In this document: one piece after another, positions 37,803 through 50,357 of the stretch | Numbering within the stretch: the first letter of the stretch is position 1 | Layout: every line of letters starts with the position of its first letter | Assembly (NCBI RefSeq): GCF_963921235.1 | Contig: NC_086097.1 | Location: 68,636,001 to 68,696,000 of the forward strand | Reading direction: 5' to 3' | Source: Mobula hypostoma | Taxonomy: Eukaryota | Length of the DNA stretch: 60,000 bases | Position numbers and translations under genes: made by a program | Notes under the pieces: generated by a model | Databases searched by the model: none | What the model saw: only the letters and a program-made list of their open reading frames with translations | What the model was told of the DNA's origin: nothing

Positions 37803-38006
37803 AACAGATCAGAGTTCTAAAGTAGAGCTGTGGCATACATATATTTTAAACTGTCAATGCCATCACAAACATTTTTAAAATACTTCAAAAAAAACAGTTA
37901 TGAGCTTTCACTATTGGGATCCATCACTGACTTATCCTTAGTCCCCTCAATTCCCACTATATTATTTCCTTGATTTCACTGACAAGTTCCAATATGTTTG
38001 ACAAAA

Positions 38007-39293
38007 AACATGGTCATGTTTGACAAATCTTATTGAATTTTTTGATGAGGTTACTAAGAAAGTTGACGAGGGTAGAACGGTGGATGTTGTCTATATGGAC
38101 TTCAGTAAGGCCTCAGTAAAACTTCAACAAGGTTCCACATGGAAGGTTAGTTAGGAAGGTTAATCATTAGGCATTAATATGGAAGTAGTAAAATGCATTC
38201 AGCAGTGGCTAGATGGGAGATGCCAGAGAGTAGTGGTGGATAACTGTGTGTCAGGTTGGAGGACGGTGTGTAGTGGTGCGCCTCAAGGATCTGTAATGGG
38301 TCCAATGTTGTTTGTAATACACATTAATGATCTGGATGATGGGGTGGTAAATTGGATTAGTAAGTATGCAGATGATACTAAGATAGGTGGTGTTGTGTGG
38401 ATGATGAGGTAGGTTTTCAAAACTTGCAGAGAGGTTTAGGACAGTTGGAAGAGTGGGCTGAAAGATGGCAGATGGAGTTTAATGCGAAAAATGTGAGGTG
38501 TTACATTTTGGTAGAACTAATCAAAATAGGACATACATGGTAAATAGTAGGGCATTAAAGAATGCTTTAGAACAGAGGGATCTAGGAATAATGGTGCATA
38601 GTTCCCTGAAGATGGAATCTCATGTGGATAGGGTGGTGAAGAAAGCTTTTGGTTTGCTGGCCTTTATTAATCACAGCATTGAGTATAGGAGTTGAGATGT
38701 AATGTTGAATTTGTATAAGGCATTGGTAAGGCCAGATCTGGAGTCTTGTGTACAGTTCTGGTCACCGAATTATAAGAAAGATGTCAATAAAATTGAGAGA
38801 GTACAGAGGAGGTTTACTAAAATATTGCCTGGGTTTCATCTCCTGAGTTACAGAGAAAGGTTGAACAAGTTAGGTCTTTATTCTTTGGAGCATAGAAGGT
38901 TGAGGGGGGACTTGATAGAGGTGTTTAAAATTATGAGGGGGATTGATAGAGTTGACGCGGTTAGACTTTTTCCATTGAGAGTGGGGAAGATTCAAACAAG
39001 AGGACATGGGTTGAGAATTAGAGGACAAAAGTTTAGGGGTAACATGAGGGGGATCTTCTTTACTCAGAGAGTGGTAGCTGTGTGGAATGAGCTTCCAGCA
39101 GAAGTTGTTGAGGCAGGTTCGATATTGTCGTTTAAAGTTAAATTGGATAGATATATGGACAGGAAAGGAATGGAGGGTTATGGGCTGAGTGCAGGTCGGT
39201 GGGACTAGGATAGGGTAAGAGTTTGGCACGGACTAGAAGGGCCGAGATGGCCTGTTTCTGTGCTGTAATTGTTATATGTTTATATGGTTATAT
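38007..39293 (+). mobile_element. CR1 LINE RT and 3' end
   Basis: GAPQGSVMGPMLF, SKYADDTK and LVRPDLESCVQFWSP motifs; (TTATATG)n tail. Confidence 0.93.
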
Positions 39294-40799
39294 GCCCGAG
39301 AAACTTGTGGACCTATTGTTAATTTGTAGAAGTTTTTGTGATATAATTCTGATTAAGCTACAAACAACTCCTTCTGAGAAAGATGACATTTGAACCAAAC
39401 AAATTGGTGGTAAAAGCGAGAACTAATGCACTACAATTTTTCTAGATTTAAATCTCCTCCCTCCTACAATTATGTACTACTACGTAATGAGCTTTCCCAC
39501 AAATAGCTTTGATCATCCAAACTGCATCATATTAAGTTACGTATCATGCAACAGTATTTTAGTTAAACAATCCAACAAAATAGGGTAATCAAACAAGGTG
39601 GAAAGCGAACAATGAAGTACCCATTGTATCCAGATAAGGAAGACTGGGAATCAAGCAAGGACGACAATAGTCCCAAAGAGATTCAAGATGCAACATATTC
39701 AACCTACGTCACTGCTGGAAATGCTCTGCCTGCATTCCAAATGTTAACATTACAACCATGTAATGGCAATCTGATGAAACTGAAGATCGGAGAAGAGAAA
39801 GAAGGAGAGGAGGATATCACTGTCAGAGGGTAAAGGGATTAAGTATCATGGTTAGAATATCAAACCATGTCCTGAGTACAGGAAATAAAAAGGAAATGTT
39901 ATCTAATAATATTAAACCCATCTAGTGAAAGCAGGTAACTTTTGCTCCTACTTATCTTTTCAATTGTGTTGTGGAATGCAGGAAATAAAATCAGAAACTG
40001 CTGGAAGCAAGACAGGCAGAAGCTGCAGAAGGAGAAACAAATGATGATGAACTTAGAGCATGGAACTATGTTGTGGCCATTACAAAGACTTGGTTTAGAT
40101 AGGGACCTGAATGGATACTTGATATTCTAGGGTTTTGATGTTTTAGAAAAGATAGAGGGGGTGTGGGAATTGCATTATTGTTCAAGGACAATACCAGAGC
40201 TGCACTCAAAAGGGACATAATGGAGGGCTTATCCACTGAATTCATGTGAGTATAACTCAAAAATAATAAAATAAAAAAGGTGCAGGAGGGTTTCTTAAAA
40301 CAGTATACAGATGAACAGTTCCAGGTTCTGTATGGCCCAGCGAAAGGAAGGGCCATACAGAACCCAGAACTGAGAAATGAGCTTGGCCAGGTAACTGACC
40401 ATTCAGTAGAAGATGATTTAGGAAACAATGGTCACAACTACTTAAGTTTTTAAACAGCTGTAAATAACATGGACTTTGCAGGAAGGTATATTAAATTGGG
40501 GCATGGTAAATTATGAAATTATAAAGGAGCAAGAGAGAGTTAATTGTAATCAACTGTTCTAGGCAAGTCCACTGCTGACATGTGGAGGGTAGAAGAAAAA
40601 ATGAAGACAGTAAGGTGAGACCCTTGTATTATGAGAGAGATGGTGAATTTAGTCAAAAAGAAAAAGCATAAGTAAGTTTAGGAAGCCAAAATCAACTGAG
40701 CTCTGGAGGATTATAAAGTAGTCAAAAAAGAACTCAAGAAGGGAAATGGGGAAATTAGTAGAGGACATGAAAAGTCATTGGCAAGTAAGATTAAAGGTC

Positions 40800-41510
40800 C
40801 TATCTCACTCCTGCATACCTTTTCATCACTAACTGAGATTCTGTCTCAGTTGTGTCATCAGTGAATGAGCTATACCTAGCCAAGCGGACATCCTTGAGGT
40901 ACACCTGTATTGATTGTCAGTAAGGATATGTTATTTTTGATTTGCACTGACTGCTGTCTCCCACTGAGCTATTATCAATAAACAGCAGTCTGACACAAAT
41001 AATTGCTGTTGTACAGGTGGTCCCAAGGCCAAGTGAGATTGCATCTACTGTAGAATTGTTGTGACATTAGACAAATTACAGGGTCTAGATCCTTGCTCAG
41101 GCAGGTTAATTCTAGCCATGACAACCTCTCAAAGGACTTCATCACAGCAGATGTGACTGCTACTAGGCGATAGTCCTTGAAGCAGCTCACCTTGCTCTTC
41201 TTGGGCACTGGTACGATTGATGCCCTTCGAAGCATGGGGGAACCTCCAACTGCAGCAGCCAGTTGGCTGGCACATATTTTCAGTACCCTATTACATAAGC
41301 CATTGGGGCCTGATGCCTAGTAAGAGTTCACCCTCTTGAAAGATGTTCTGGACATTGCCCTCTGAAACAGATATCACAGGGTCACCAGATGCTGCAGGGT
41401 TTTGCAAGGTATAGTTCCATTCTCCATTTCAAAGCATACATAAAAAGCCTTCAGTTCATCGGGGAGTGATGAAGTTAGGTTTCAGCTTGTAGAAAATAAT
41501 GGCCTGTAAA
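40800..41510 (-). mobile_element. Rex1/Babar-like RT fragment
   Basis: IVPVPKKSKVSCFKDYRLVAVTSAVMKSFERL. Confidence 0.8.
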
Positions 41511-42004
41511 CTCTCAGGTGAGGACTGATGAGTAGGTAATATTGTTCTGTTGTTCAGAAAAGGAATTTAGGATAACCCACAAGCCTAAAATCAGTAGTAT
41601 GGAAGCTGCTGGAGAAGATTCTTGGGAATATGAGCAGTTGGAAAACCATGGCCTAATTGGGGACAGTCAACATGATGTTGTACAAGACAGGTCATGGCTT
41701 AGTAACCTGATTGTTCTCAGCAGGTGAAAACATGACTGATGAAGTAAAAGGTGTGAATGTTGTCTACATATAGTTTTTTATACAGTATGTGACAAGTCCC
41801 CTAATGATAGGCTCATCCAAATGATTAAGGTGCATAGGATCTGTAGTGACTTGACCATTTGGATTCAGAATTGGCTTGCCCACAGAAGACAGTGGTCAAT
41901 GGGATTATTCTGGCTGAAGGTCCATAATTAGCGTGTTTCACTTGGATCACTGCTGCTTGTGAAAACATGGATGAAGTTCAGTAAGTTTGCAGACAATAAA
42001 TTGT

Positions 42005-42375
42005 TAAATTGGTTTATTATTGTCACATGTACCAAGGTACACTGAAACTTGTCTTGCATACCATTCATACTGATCAATTCATTACAACAGGGCACTGAGG
42101 CATTACAAGATAAAACAATAACAGAATGCAGAATAAAGTGTTGAAACTACAGAAAAAGTGCAGTGCAAGTAGACAATATGACACAAAATCATAATGAGGT
42201 ATATTATAATGTCAAGAGACTCTCTTACCAAACTACGAAACCATTTGATAGTCTTATAACAGTGGAATAGAAGCTGTCCTTGAGTTTGGTGATACATGCT
42301 TTCAGGCTTCTGAATCTTCTGCCCAAGGGGAGGAAGAAAAAGAGAGAATGTCTGAGGTGGTGGGGTCTTTGACTA
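42005..42375 (-). mobile_element. Rex1/Babar-like LINE 3' end
   Basis: LPLGRRFRSLKACITKLKDSFY; minus-strand GTGACAATAATAAACC. Confidence 0.8.
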
Positions 42376-44510
42376 CAATACAAATACTGGTGGTGTTGTG
42401 GACAGTGTAGAACATTGCCAAAGGACACAGCAGAAAATAGATCAGTTATAGATATGGGTGGAGAAACTGCAGATGGAGTTTAATCCAGCCAAGTGTGAGG
42501 TTTTGCATTTTGGGAAATCAAATGCAAAGGGGAAGTACACATTTAACGGCAGGTTCCATAACAGTGTTGATGCACAGAGAGGTCTTACGGCCCAAGTCCA
42601 TAGCTCCTGAAAATGGCTGCATAGGATGATTGGATGATAAAGCCAGTATGTGTCATGTTTCGATTTGTTGAGGTACCAAATTCAGGAGTCAAGAAGCTAT
42701 GTTTTAACTTTATAAAACTACAGTTAGGCCACATAGAGTACTACATTTATTTCCAGTTGCTCCAATGTAAGTAGGACATGGAGGTTTTGGAGAGGGGAAG
42801 AGGAAAACCAGGATGCCTAGATTAGAGAACAGGTCATACAAGGAGATTATGGACAAACTTGGGTTGTTTTTTCTGGAGTGGCAGAGGCTGATGGGAGACC
42901 TAATAGAGCTTTATAAGGTTATGAAAGGCACAGAGAGGGTAAATAGTCAGTATATTTATCCCAGGATCAAAATATCTAATACAGGAGGGAGAGAGGGTGA
43001 AATGAGATGTGCAGAGCAAGTTTTTCTTGTTATGCAGAGACTGGTAGGTGCTTGAAATGTGCTGCAAGGAGTGGGAGTGGATGTGAAGATGTTTAAAGGC
43101 TCTCAAAACAGACACACGAACATGTAGAGAATGGAGAAATATACATGTTTTGTAGGCAGAACGTTGTGGGCCGAAGCCATGATCTTCTGCTATACAGTTC
43201 TATGTTCTAAACTAAGTTAACTATTTCAGGTTGAAGATCCGTCAGTAGACTGGGAAGGTGAAAAAGCAAGTTTAAGTGATAGAAATTGTGGGGAGCAGCT
43301 CATAAGGATAAAGGGAACAGCTTGATTGGTGAAGCCGGAGTTTCCCAGATGATCCAACTGTTTATGGAAATATCTAGTTAATGAATTAATGATAATGCTT
43401 GAGAAAGCGTGTCATAGTCTCAAAATAAAAACAACCATCAAATAGAAGAATGGAGAATGTGTTCAGTTTATACAGACTTCTAGAAGTGACTGCACATAGG
43501 GGTGGTTAATGGTTGATGAAGTTCTCCAAGAATATACAAAGAGATTGCTAATGATCAATCAAGGAAGGAGTGGCTCCCCAAAAATGACTGATTGAAGTTA
43601 GCTCGCTTTACTAAAACCCACAAACTAAGAGACCTAATAAAGTGAAAGCAATAAAATAGTGACCTTTCAGGTAAAAAGCACACAAAGTTATCTCCAGTGG
43701 AATCTAAGGCCTCAGTAGGAGACAGAAGATCATTACTGTACTATGTTGTAAGAACTAAGTAAATTCCCAGTTTAAAATAGGGAAATACTTAACTGTTGAA
43801 GCCTCCTCCTCACTTCCTCAGGAAATCTTCCCTCCACAAGCTTCAGGCTTTTAGTTTCCTAATCCACAATCCCAACATCCACCACTCCTCCCCCAAAGAT
43901 CTATTGTCATACACAAGTACGGTTTCAACTGGCTCCTGCCCACTCTATTTCTTCCTACCTTGACTTCCCCCTTGCTTCCATCATCCTGTTCCTTCCCACT
44001 TATATCTGTGACACCTTTGAAACAGCCTGTGCCTTTGACAGTTTCTGGTTACCTGCTCCCAACTAGATTATGGATGTATAACCCTTCTATGCCTTCATCC
44101 CACCAGGACTGGCTGAAAGCCTTCTGGTTCTTTCTTGAAAAGAGGCCCAAAATGTCTCCCTCCACCAATACACTAATTTACTTAATTTGAACTCTTTCTC
44201 AGAATGAAGAACTTTTCCTTCATCGCAAGTAACTCACTCCAAATCAAGTGTGGAACTATAGGAACTCAGAAGGACTCAAGCTATACCCATCTTTTGTGGG
44301 ATATGTGGAACTTCCCTTATTTCTGTTCCAGTCGGGATCCATCATCTTTTTCAGTATATTGACAACTATTTCCTGCATTCATACAGAACCTGAAAATATC
44401 ATTACTTTTGATGCCAATTTCCACCTTGCTTTCACTCAGTCCATCCACATGTTTTTCCCTTTCTGATTTCTTTGTTTCCAACTTGGAAGACAGGTTAGCA
44501 ACCAACATCA

Positions 44511-45396
44511 AAAGTGAGGGATTGATTCTGGAACCCCTCGCGGATACCAAAAAACGCGGATACTCAAGTCCCTCATCCAACCTGTCTCAATGAGGTGGAC
44601 CTTAGGACCCAGCTGAACCCCGGACCTTATTTAACCTGTCTCAGTGCGGTGGACATTAGGACCCGGCGGTGGAGCTCTGAATCCTCAGTGTTTCAGTTCA
44701 CGAAAATAATCACAATCACAATTGAAAATGAAGTGGAAATAATAAAGCAATCGGAAAGAGGTGAAACACCACCGGTCATTGGAAAAGCGTTAGGCTACAG
44801 TTGGTCAACGATCAGAACAATTTTAAAGGATAAAGTGAGAAAGGCCCTGCCCCGATAAAAGCTACAATTGTTACTAAGCAACGCAGTGGTTTAATTATTG
44901 GGTTTTGGGGTTTTGTGTTTTTAATCCTGCACATCAACCCGGCACGGAGGGAGAGCGCACTTGGGAGCGATCTGTCACTAGATCAAACTCGGCGCTGAAA
45001 CATACGTTTCTTAAGTGTTTTATATGCATAGAAAGGTAGAATGTATACTATATACTAAGACAAATGTTTGACTAACTGACGCTAAATAATACTGGATGTA
45101 CCTGTTCCGATTTACTTAGGAAGAGAACTTCCAGTTTTTTTTCGATCCTGATCCACGATAACCTACGCACATCCTCCCATATACTTTATATCATCTCTAG
45201 ATTACTTATAATACCTAATACAATGCAAATGCTATGTAAATAGTTGTTATACTGCATTGTTTAGGGAATAATGACAAGAAAAAAAAAGTCTGTACATGCC
45301 CGAACAACAAGTGCTGGAAGAGCACTTCCGGGTTTTCTCAATTTGTGGTTGGTTGAATTTGCGCATGTGGAACTCGTGGATAAGGAGGGCCCACTG
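44511..45396 (+). mobile_element. Tigger-derived (MER2-like) non-autonomous transposon
   Basis: 3' terminus GGATAAGGAGGGCCCACTG|TA; psq-HTH remnant ITIENEVEIIKQSERGE...STIRTILKDK; 5' TIR appears lost. Confidence 0.8.
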
Positions 45397-45469
45397 TACT
45401 TCCTACCCTCCTGTTCCCTGTATTCCTCCACTCCATTCTCCCAGTTCCTTGTCTTCACTGTATTTCATA

Positions 45470-45805
45470 TTTTCTTACAAGAAGCAATTCAGCCCACTGA
45501 GGCTATACTAATGCCCAAAGCATTCCCATTGTTATCATTTTCTCACCTATTGCTCTGTAACCTGTTCTCTTTCACATGCCCACCAACTCTCCCAAGACTC
45601 TCATCACCCCGCTACACTAGGGTCAACTGACAGAAAACCAAGTCCCTACCAACAAGAATATGGACTATGAGAGTAAACAATAGGATCTGGTGGAAACTGA
45701 ATTAACTAGAGTGAGAAGTGCAGCCTCCACACAGACAGCATCCAGGTCAGGTTTGAACCTGGGAAAGAGCAGCAGTATTAACTGCTGTTCCAGTGTGCCA
45801 ACCCA
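45470..45805 (-). mobile_element. Decayed tRNA SINE (HE1-like)
   Basis: Minus-strand head GGCACACTGGAACAGCAGTTAATACTGCTGC...GGTTCAAACCTGACC. Confidence 0.55.
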
Positions 45806-47039
45806 TTCTACTGATGAGACTTTCTGCACAAATGACTCTTACAACAGAGATATATTGCAAGTTCCATAACTGTGACTTCCCCTCTTGCATTGTTAGCAAA
45901 GCTCTCAACCACTTTTCATCTGTTTCCCAGACCTCTGCTCTCAGACAGAACAAGTATAGGATTCCCCTGATCCTGATCTTCCATCTTCTGTCACCCATAT
46001 GCAATAGATCATTTTCCTTCTTCTTCAATGAGAATCCATCTCTTAAGCATATTTTCACCTTGTCTCCCTCTTCAGCATTTCAAGGGGACCTTTGCCTTTA
46101 CAACTACCTGGTATGCTCCTTGACCCCCATCACCCTTTAATTTCTCATGACACTTCCTCATGCAACCAAAGGAGATGCAACAGCTGCTGTTATTCAATCA
46201 ATTTTTTGCTCATAATTTATTTTTAATGAGTGATTACAAAATTATTAAACAATGAATATCTATGAAATCTTTAAATCAAAGACAACATTTAGAGGTACAT
46301 TTAGTATCATTTTAGTACATCAACTTCAAACCCAACTGGATAAATGATTTCCTTCCCTTCTTTTCTCTTAAATGTCTTTTACTTCTTTCTTTTTAAAAGT
46401 TTATCATTTGACATCAGTTTTTGACTCCTGAATCTGTACAGCTCAGTTCTAAATAAACTCACTTGGAGATTTTCAATCAAAATGTATCAATAGATTAATA
46501 TCTGAATATAGCCTCACAGTAAAGAATGAAGAGATTCTGTTCATTTTAACAGACCAGCTAAGATTGAGGACTCACCACTTAAGTCAAATCACAAGCATAA
46601 TCCACATTATATATTAGACCATCAGTAAAACAAGGATAATCACTCTATAACCCTTCAAATCATAAATATGTAATACAAGTATCATATGCAGTACAAATCC
46701 AATGCATATTTAAAAGTGTAAAGTACAGACATTCATTTGCTGAGGAAGAAAATAACTAAAATTATCAAAACCCTTGAAATAAAATCATAAATGTTGAAGC
46801 AAGCACACCTTTAGTCTAGATGGATTCAGTACATCTATGACATCTTTCCATGCACACAAACAGTATTAATAATAAAGTCCATTACATCCATTACACAGTA
46901 CTTACAGATGGTAACAGTACTTACCATCTGTGTTTATTACAGTTGTAAAATAATCAGATCAACTATATAATGTCTGAACTAGGTTCACAATAATATACTA
47001 TTATCACAATGAGATGCAAGCTTTGTAATTTGTAACTAA

Positions 47040-48006
47040 TGCAAAACCAAAGAACTGATTATTGACATTATCATATCAGAAGATCTGTCCTGGGATCAGC
47101 ATGTAAGTGCCCTCACAAAGGCACAACAGAGCCTCAATTTTCTTAGAAGTTTGCACAGATTTAGCAGGTCATCTAAAACATCTATAGATGCACAAGCTTC
47201 AAAAGAGGAGTGTACTCTGATTGGTTTCATCACAGCCTGGTAGGAATCACCAATGCCCAAGAACGGAAAAGCATACAAAAACTGCTGGATCACAGGCATC
47301 CATCACAGCTCTCCACACTACTGAGCATATCTACAAAGAGCGCTGCCACAAGAAAGCAGCATCCATTATCGAGGGCTCCACCATCCAGGCAATGCTCTCT
47401 TTGCTCTGCTGCCATCAGGAAGGAGTTGCAGGAACCTGAGGATCCACACCAACACACACAAAATACTGGAGGAACTCAGCAGGCCAGGCAGCATCAATAG
47501 AAAAAAAAAGTACTGTTGGCATTTTAAATGTCAACTGTACTTTTTTCCACAGATGCTGCCTGGCCTGCTGAGTTCCTCCAGCATTTTGTGTGTGTTGCTC
47601 GGATTTCCAGCACCTGCAGATTTTCTTTTGTTTGTGATCAGGATCCACATCACCGGGTTCGAACAGTTATTACCCTTCAACCAGGCTCCTGAACCAGCAT
47701 GGATACCTTCACTCACCTCAACTCCAAACTGATTTCACAACCTATGGACTAACTTTCAAGGACTCTGCAATTATATGTTCTCTGTATTATTTATTTACTT
47801 ATTTCTTTATTTATTGTTATTTTTAATTTGTACAGTTTGGCTTCTTCTGCATATTGACTGTCAGTCCTTGCGTGTCGTTTTACATTGATTCTATTGTATT
47901 GTATTTCTGTTTTACTGTAAATGACTGCAAAAAAATGAATTTCAAGGTAGTATATGGTAACATACGTCTACTTCGCTAATACATTTACCTTGAATGTTGA
48001 ACTTTA
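47040..48006 (+). mobile_element. Rex1/Babar-like LINE 3' portion, interrupted by a fold-back mini-element
   Basis: EHIYKERCHKKAASII; 3' UTR similar to 23040-23391. Confidence 0.8.
47449..47639 (+). mobile_element. Penelope pseudo-LTR-derived fold-back mini-element (older subfamily)
   Basis: 10-bp TSD AGGATCCACA (47439-47448 / 47640-47649); inverted arms from CAACACACACAAAAT... to ...ATTTTGTGTGTGTTG. Confidence 0.88.
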
Positions 48007-48699
48007 AACTAACTTGGTCTCCCATTAACTGCCAATTCTAAGACATACTTGAAACATTTGGAAAATATACTTCTATGCAGAGTTCAGTTTAAACCATACA
48101 AATAATTTTTGCAATTTTTCTCTTTTTTTTTCCATTTCTATTTACAAACTGCAGATCAGTACTGCTTAAATTATTGTTCAGTGAACTTATTAATGCTAGT
48201 GTCCAAATGATGTTTGTCAATGGCAATACATTTAAATTAACTGAGACATTATAAGAGCACTGTTTTATTTTTCTTTTGGTTCAAATAAACTTTCTAATAG
48301 CTAAAACATAAATATTTTGTTATTCTCTGATGGATTTTTTTTCAATTGATCCGATTGTTTCATTATCTATGAACTTTCTGAAGAATTACTCAGTTTCATT
48401 CGAATGTCAAAGACTTTATTCACAGAAGCTTGTCTTCTGAGCTAATTTCTTCAATTACAAGAAGCAAATGATTTTTGAATTCTACAGTGTCTTTCATAGC
48501 ATTGAAAGCGCTTTGCGCAATGAAATAGCTTTTTATGTAGACATGATTAATGATATCTTTGAGAAGAATTAGAACTTTGCTCTAATGATGCAAAGATTTT
48601 CATTCTGTGTTTGGTGCCACTTCCCTGTTTACAATGGTGCTACAGCTGGACCAGACAACAACCGTCAAAGGATTGCGCTGAGATATACAGAAAGGTAAA

Positions 48700-49010
48700 G
48701 CTAACCTCACAGTCATAAGTATAAAGTGAGTTGAACAGGGCACTAAGCACATGGCCTTGTGGTGCATCTGTGATAATGGTGATTGTGGAGAGGTTGTTGT
48801 TCATCCAAAATGACTGGGGTCTACAAGTGAAGAAATTGAGGATCCAGTTGCACAAGGAGTTATCGAGGCCTAGATCTTACAGCTTATTTATTAGCTTTGA
48901 GAGGATGATAGTGTCAAATGCTGAGACAGAGTCAATGAAGAACATTTTCATGTATGCACCTTCACTGTCCAGATGCTCCAGGCAGAGTGAAGAGCCAATG
49001 AAATAGAATC
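48700..49010 (-). mobile_element. Rex1/Babar-like RT fragment
   Basis: [33 protein letters not shown]. Confidence 0.75.
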
Positions 49011-49254
49011 TCATCCTTTTTTTTGCCATTTAGGAAGATAGGTAATCTAAACTAAAGAGGGTAGAGTAAACTACCAACAAATATGCTTGTTCAGGGCAAT
49101 AAGCAATGTGCTTGTGAGGGTCCTACTGAGAAGGTGCCCAGATAAGCAAAAAGAATCTATCAGGAGAGCCACTGTGGATTCAGATTCAGATGCTTCAAAA
49201 ATGCTGCAAACAACTTTTTACTGTGAGACAGTGGCTGATCTATGAAAAAAAACA

Positions 49255-49640
49255 ACTAATAAGAAACAGGAACAAGAGTAGACCATTTGACCCATTCTGC
49301 CTGCTCTGTCATCCAAAAAGATCATGGCTGATGTTCTGTCTTCACCTTCTTTTATCTCCCTTATTTGCTTACTTAACATAAATCTTGTTTTAAATTCAAA
49401 CAAACACTTCCAAGCTTTTCATGCTAGAGAATTCAAATGATTCACCACGTTCTGAATGAAGAAATTTCACCTAGTCTCAGTTCTAAATGAATTATTGCTC
49501 ATTTTAAATTGCGATGCCCAGTTCTAAACTCCACAGCTCAAGCAAACATCCTCTGTATCTACCATGTTAAGCCCTGAAAGAATTTTGTATTTTCATTGAA
49601 GTCATTTTTCTTTTATTAAACTCCAGAAAATAGAGGTCCA
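49255..49640 (-). mobile_element. Decayed CR1 3' end
   Basis: Resembles 8870-9290 (AAGAAACAGGAACAAGAGTAGACCATT...). Confidence 0.65.
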
Positions 49641-50357
49641 TCCAATAATTATGTGCAATAATATGATTAAAATTAAAGGTATCTATAGGATCCTATTGGA
49701 AATTGATTGTCCTCCAACTCAAGATTCTCTCCCTAATTCAGAAATCCCATTAAGGCAAACATTAACGATGAAAATGAAATATAATTTAAATTCAACTTTG
49801 ATAATGATGAAAAGCAAGACTGGATCCTAATGCTTATCAGCTCTGGCATCTTCTCTATTCTTCTCAAGATTGATTAATACAATCATCAATCTGGCATTTT
49901 ATTTGAAAGAAGGATAATTGTAAAAGACAGGTCACACAACTCACTATTCATAATCTCTCTTTGCACGTGATGCTATATTTGTCTCCAACGTGCCAGATGA
50001 ATCAGCAATCACGGCGAACAAGTTCTCCAATGCATGCATCAAGATTACCATGGCAATGAAAAGAAAATAGTTGCCTCACAGGGTATATCCAAAGTCCACA
50101 TCAATAATAAACTCTGGACAATATGAATCACCTCTCCTATTCATCTATCCGGCTTGAAACATAATAACCTTTTTATTCTAACTACGAAGGCGAAGAACTC
50201 CAAGCAGGATCAACTTCAACCTTCACTGTCTCAGAATAATCCTTGGTTCAGTTGCAACCAATGATTCACTAACACTGAAATATTAGAGACAAACAGCTTT
50301 CAGTCTATGAAGAATTTTCTGGATGCTTACAGGGTTCAATGTCTGGGATAAGCCTTT

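Larger units (their letters stand above)
40040..43210 (+). mobile_element. Old decayed CR1 ORF2 with nested Rex-like fragments
   Basis: Endonuclease-like remnants at ~40040-40795; RT and C-terminal remnants at ~41515-41995 and ~42385-43210 (LGLFFLEWQRLMGDLIE). Confidence 0.7.
43880..46190 (+). mobile_element. Decayed Penelope-like RT region, split by a Tigger MITE and a SINE
   Basis: Remnants similar to 50360-51000 (ACTTTTGATGCCAATTTCCACCTTGCT; CAAGTATAGGATTCCCCTG). Confidence 0.6.

Noticed and set aside
44579..44665. Two ~32-bp direct repeats with a spacer (CRISPR-like look)
   Set aside because: Only two units, inside a Tigger MITE in a vertebrate genome; an ordinary tandem duplication
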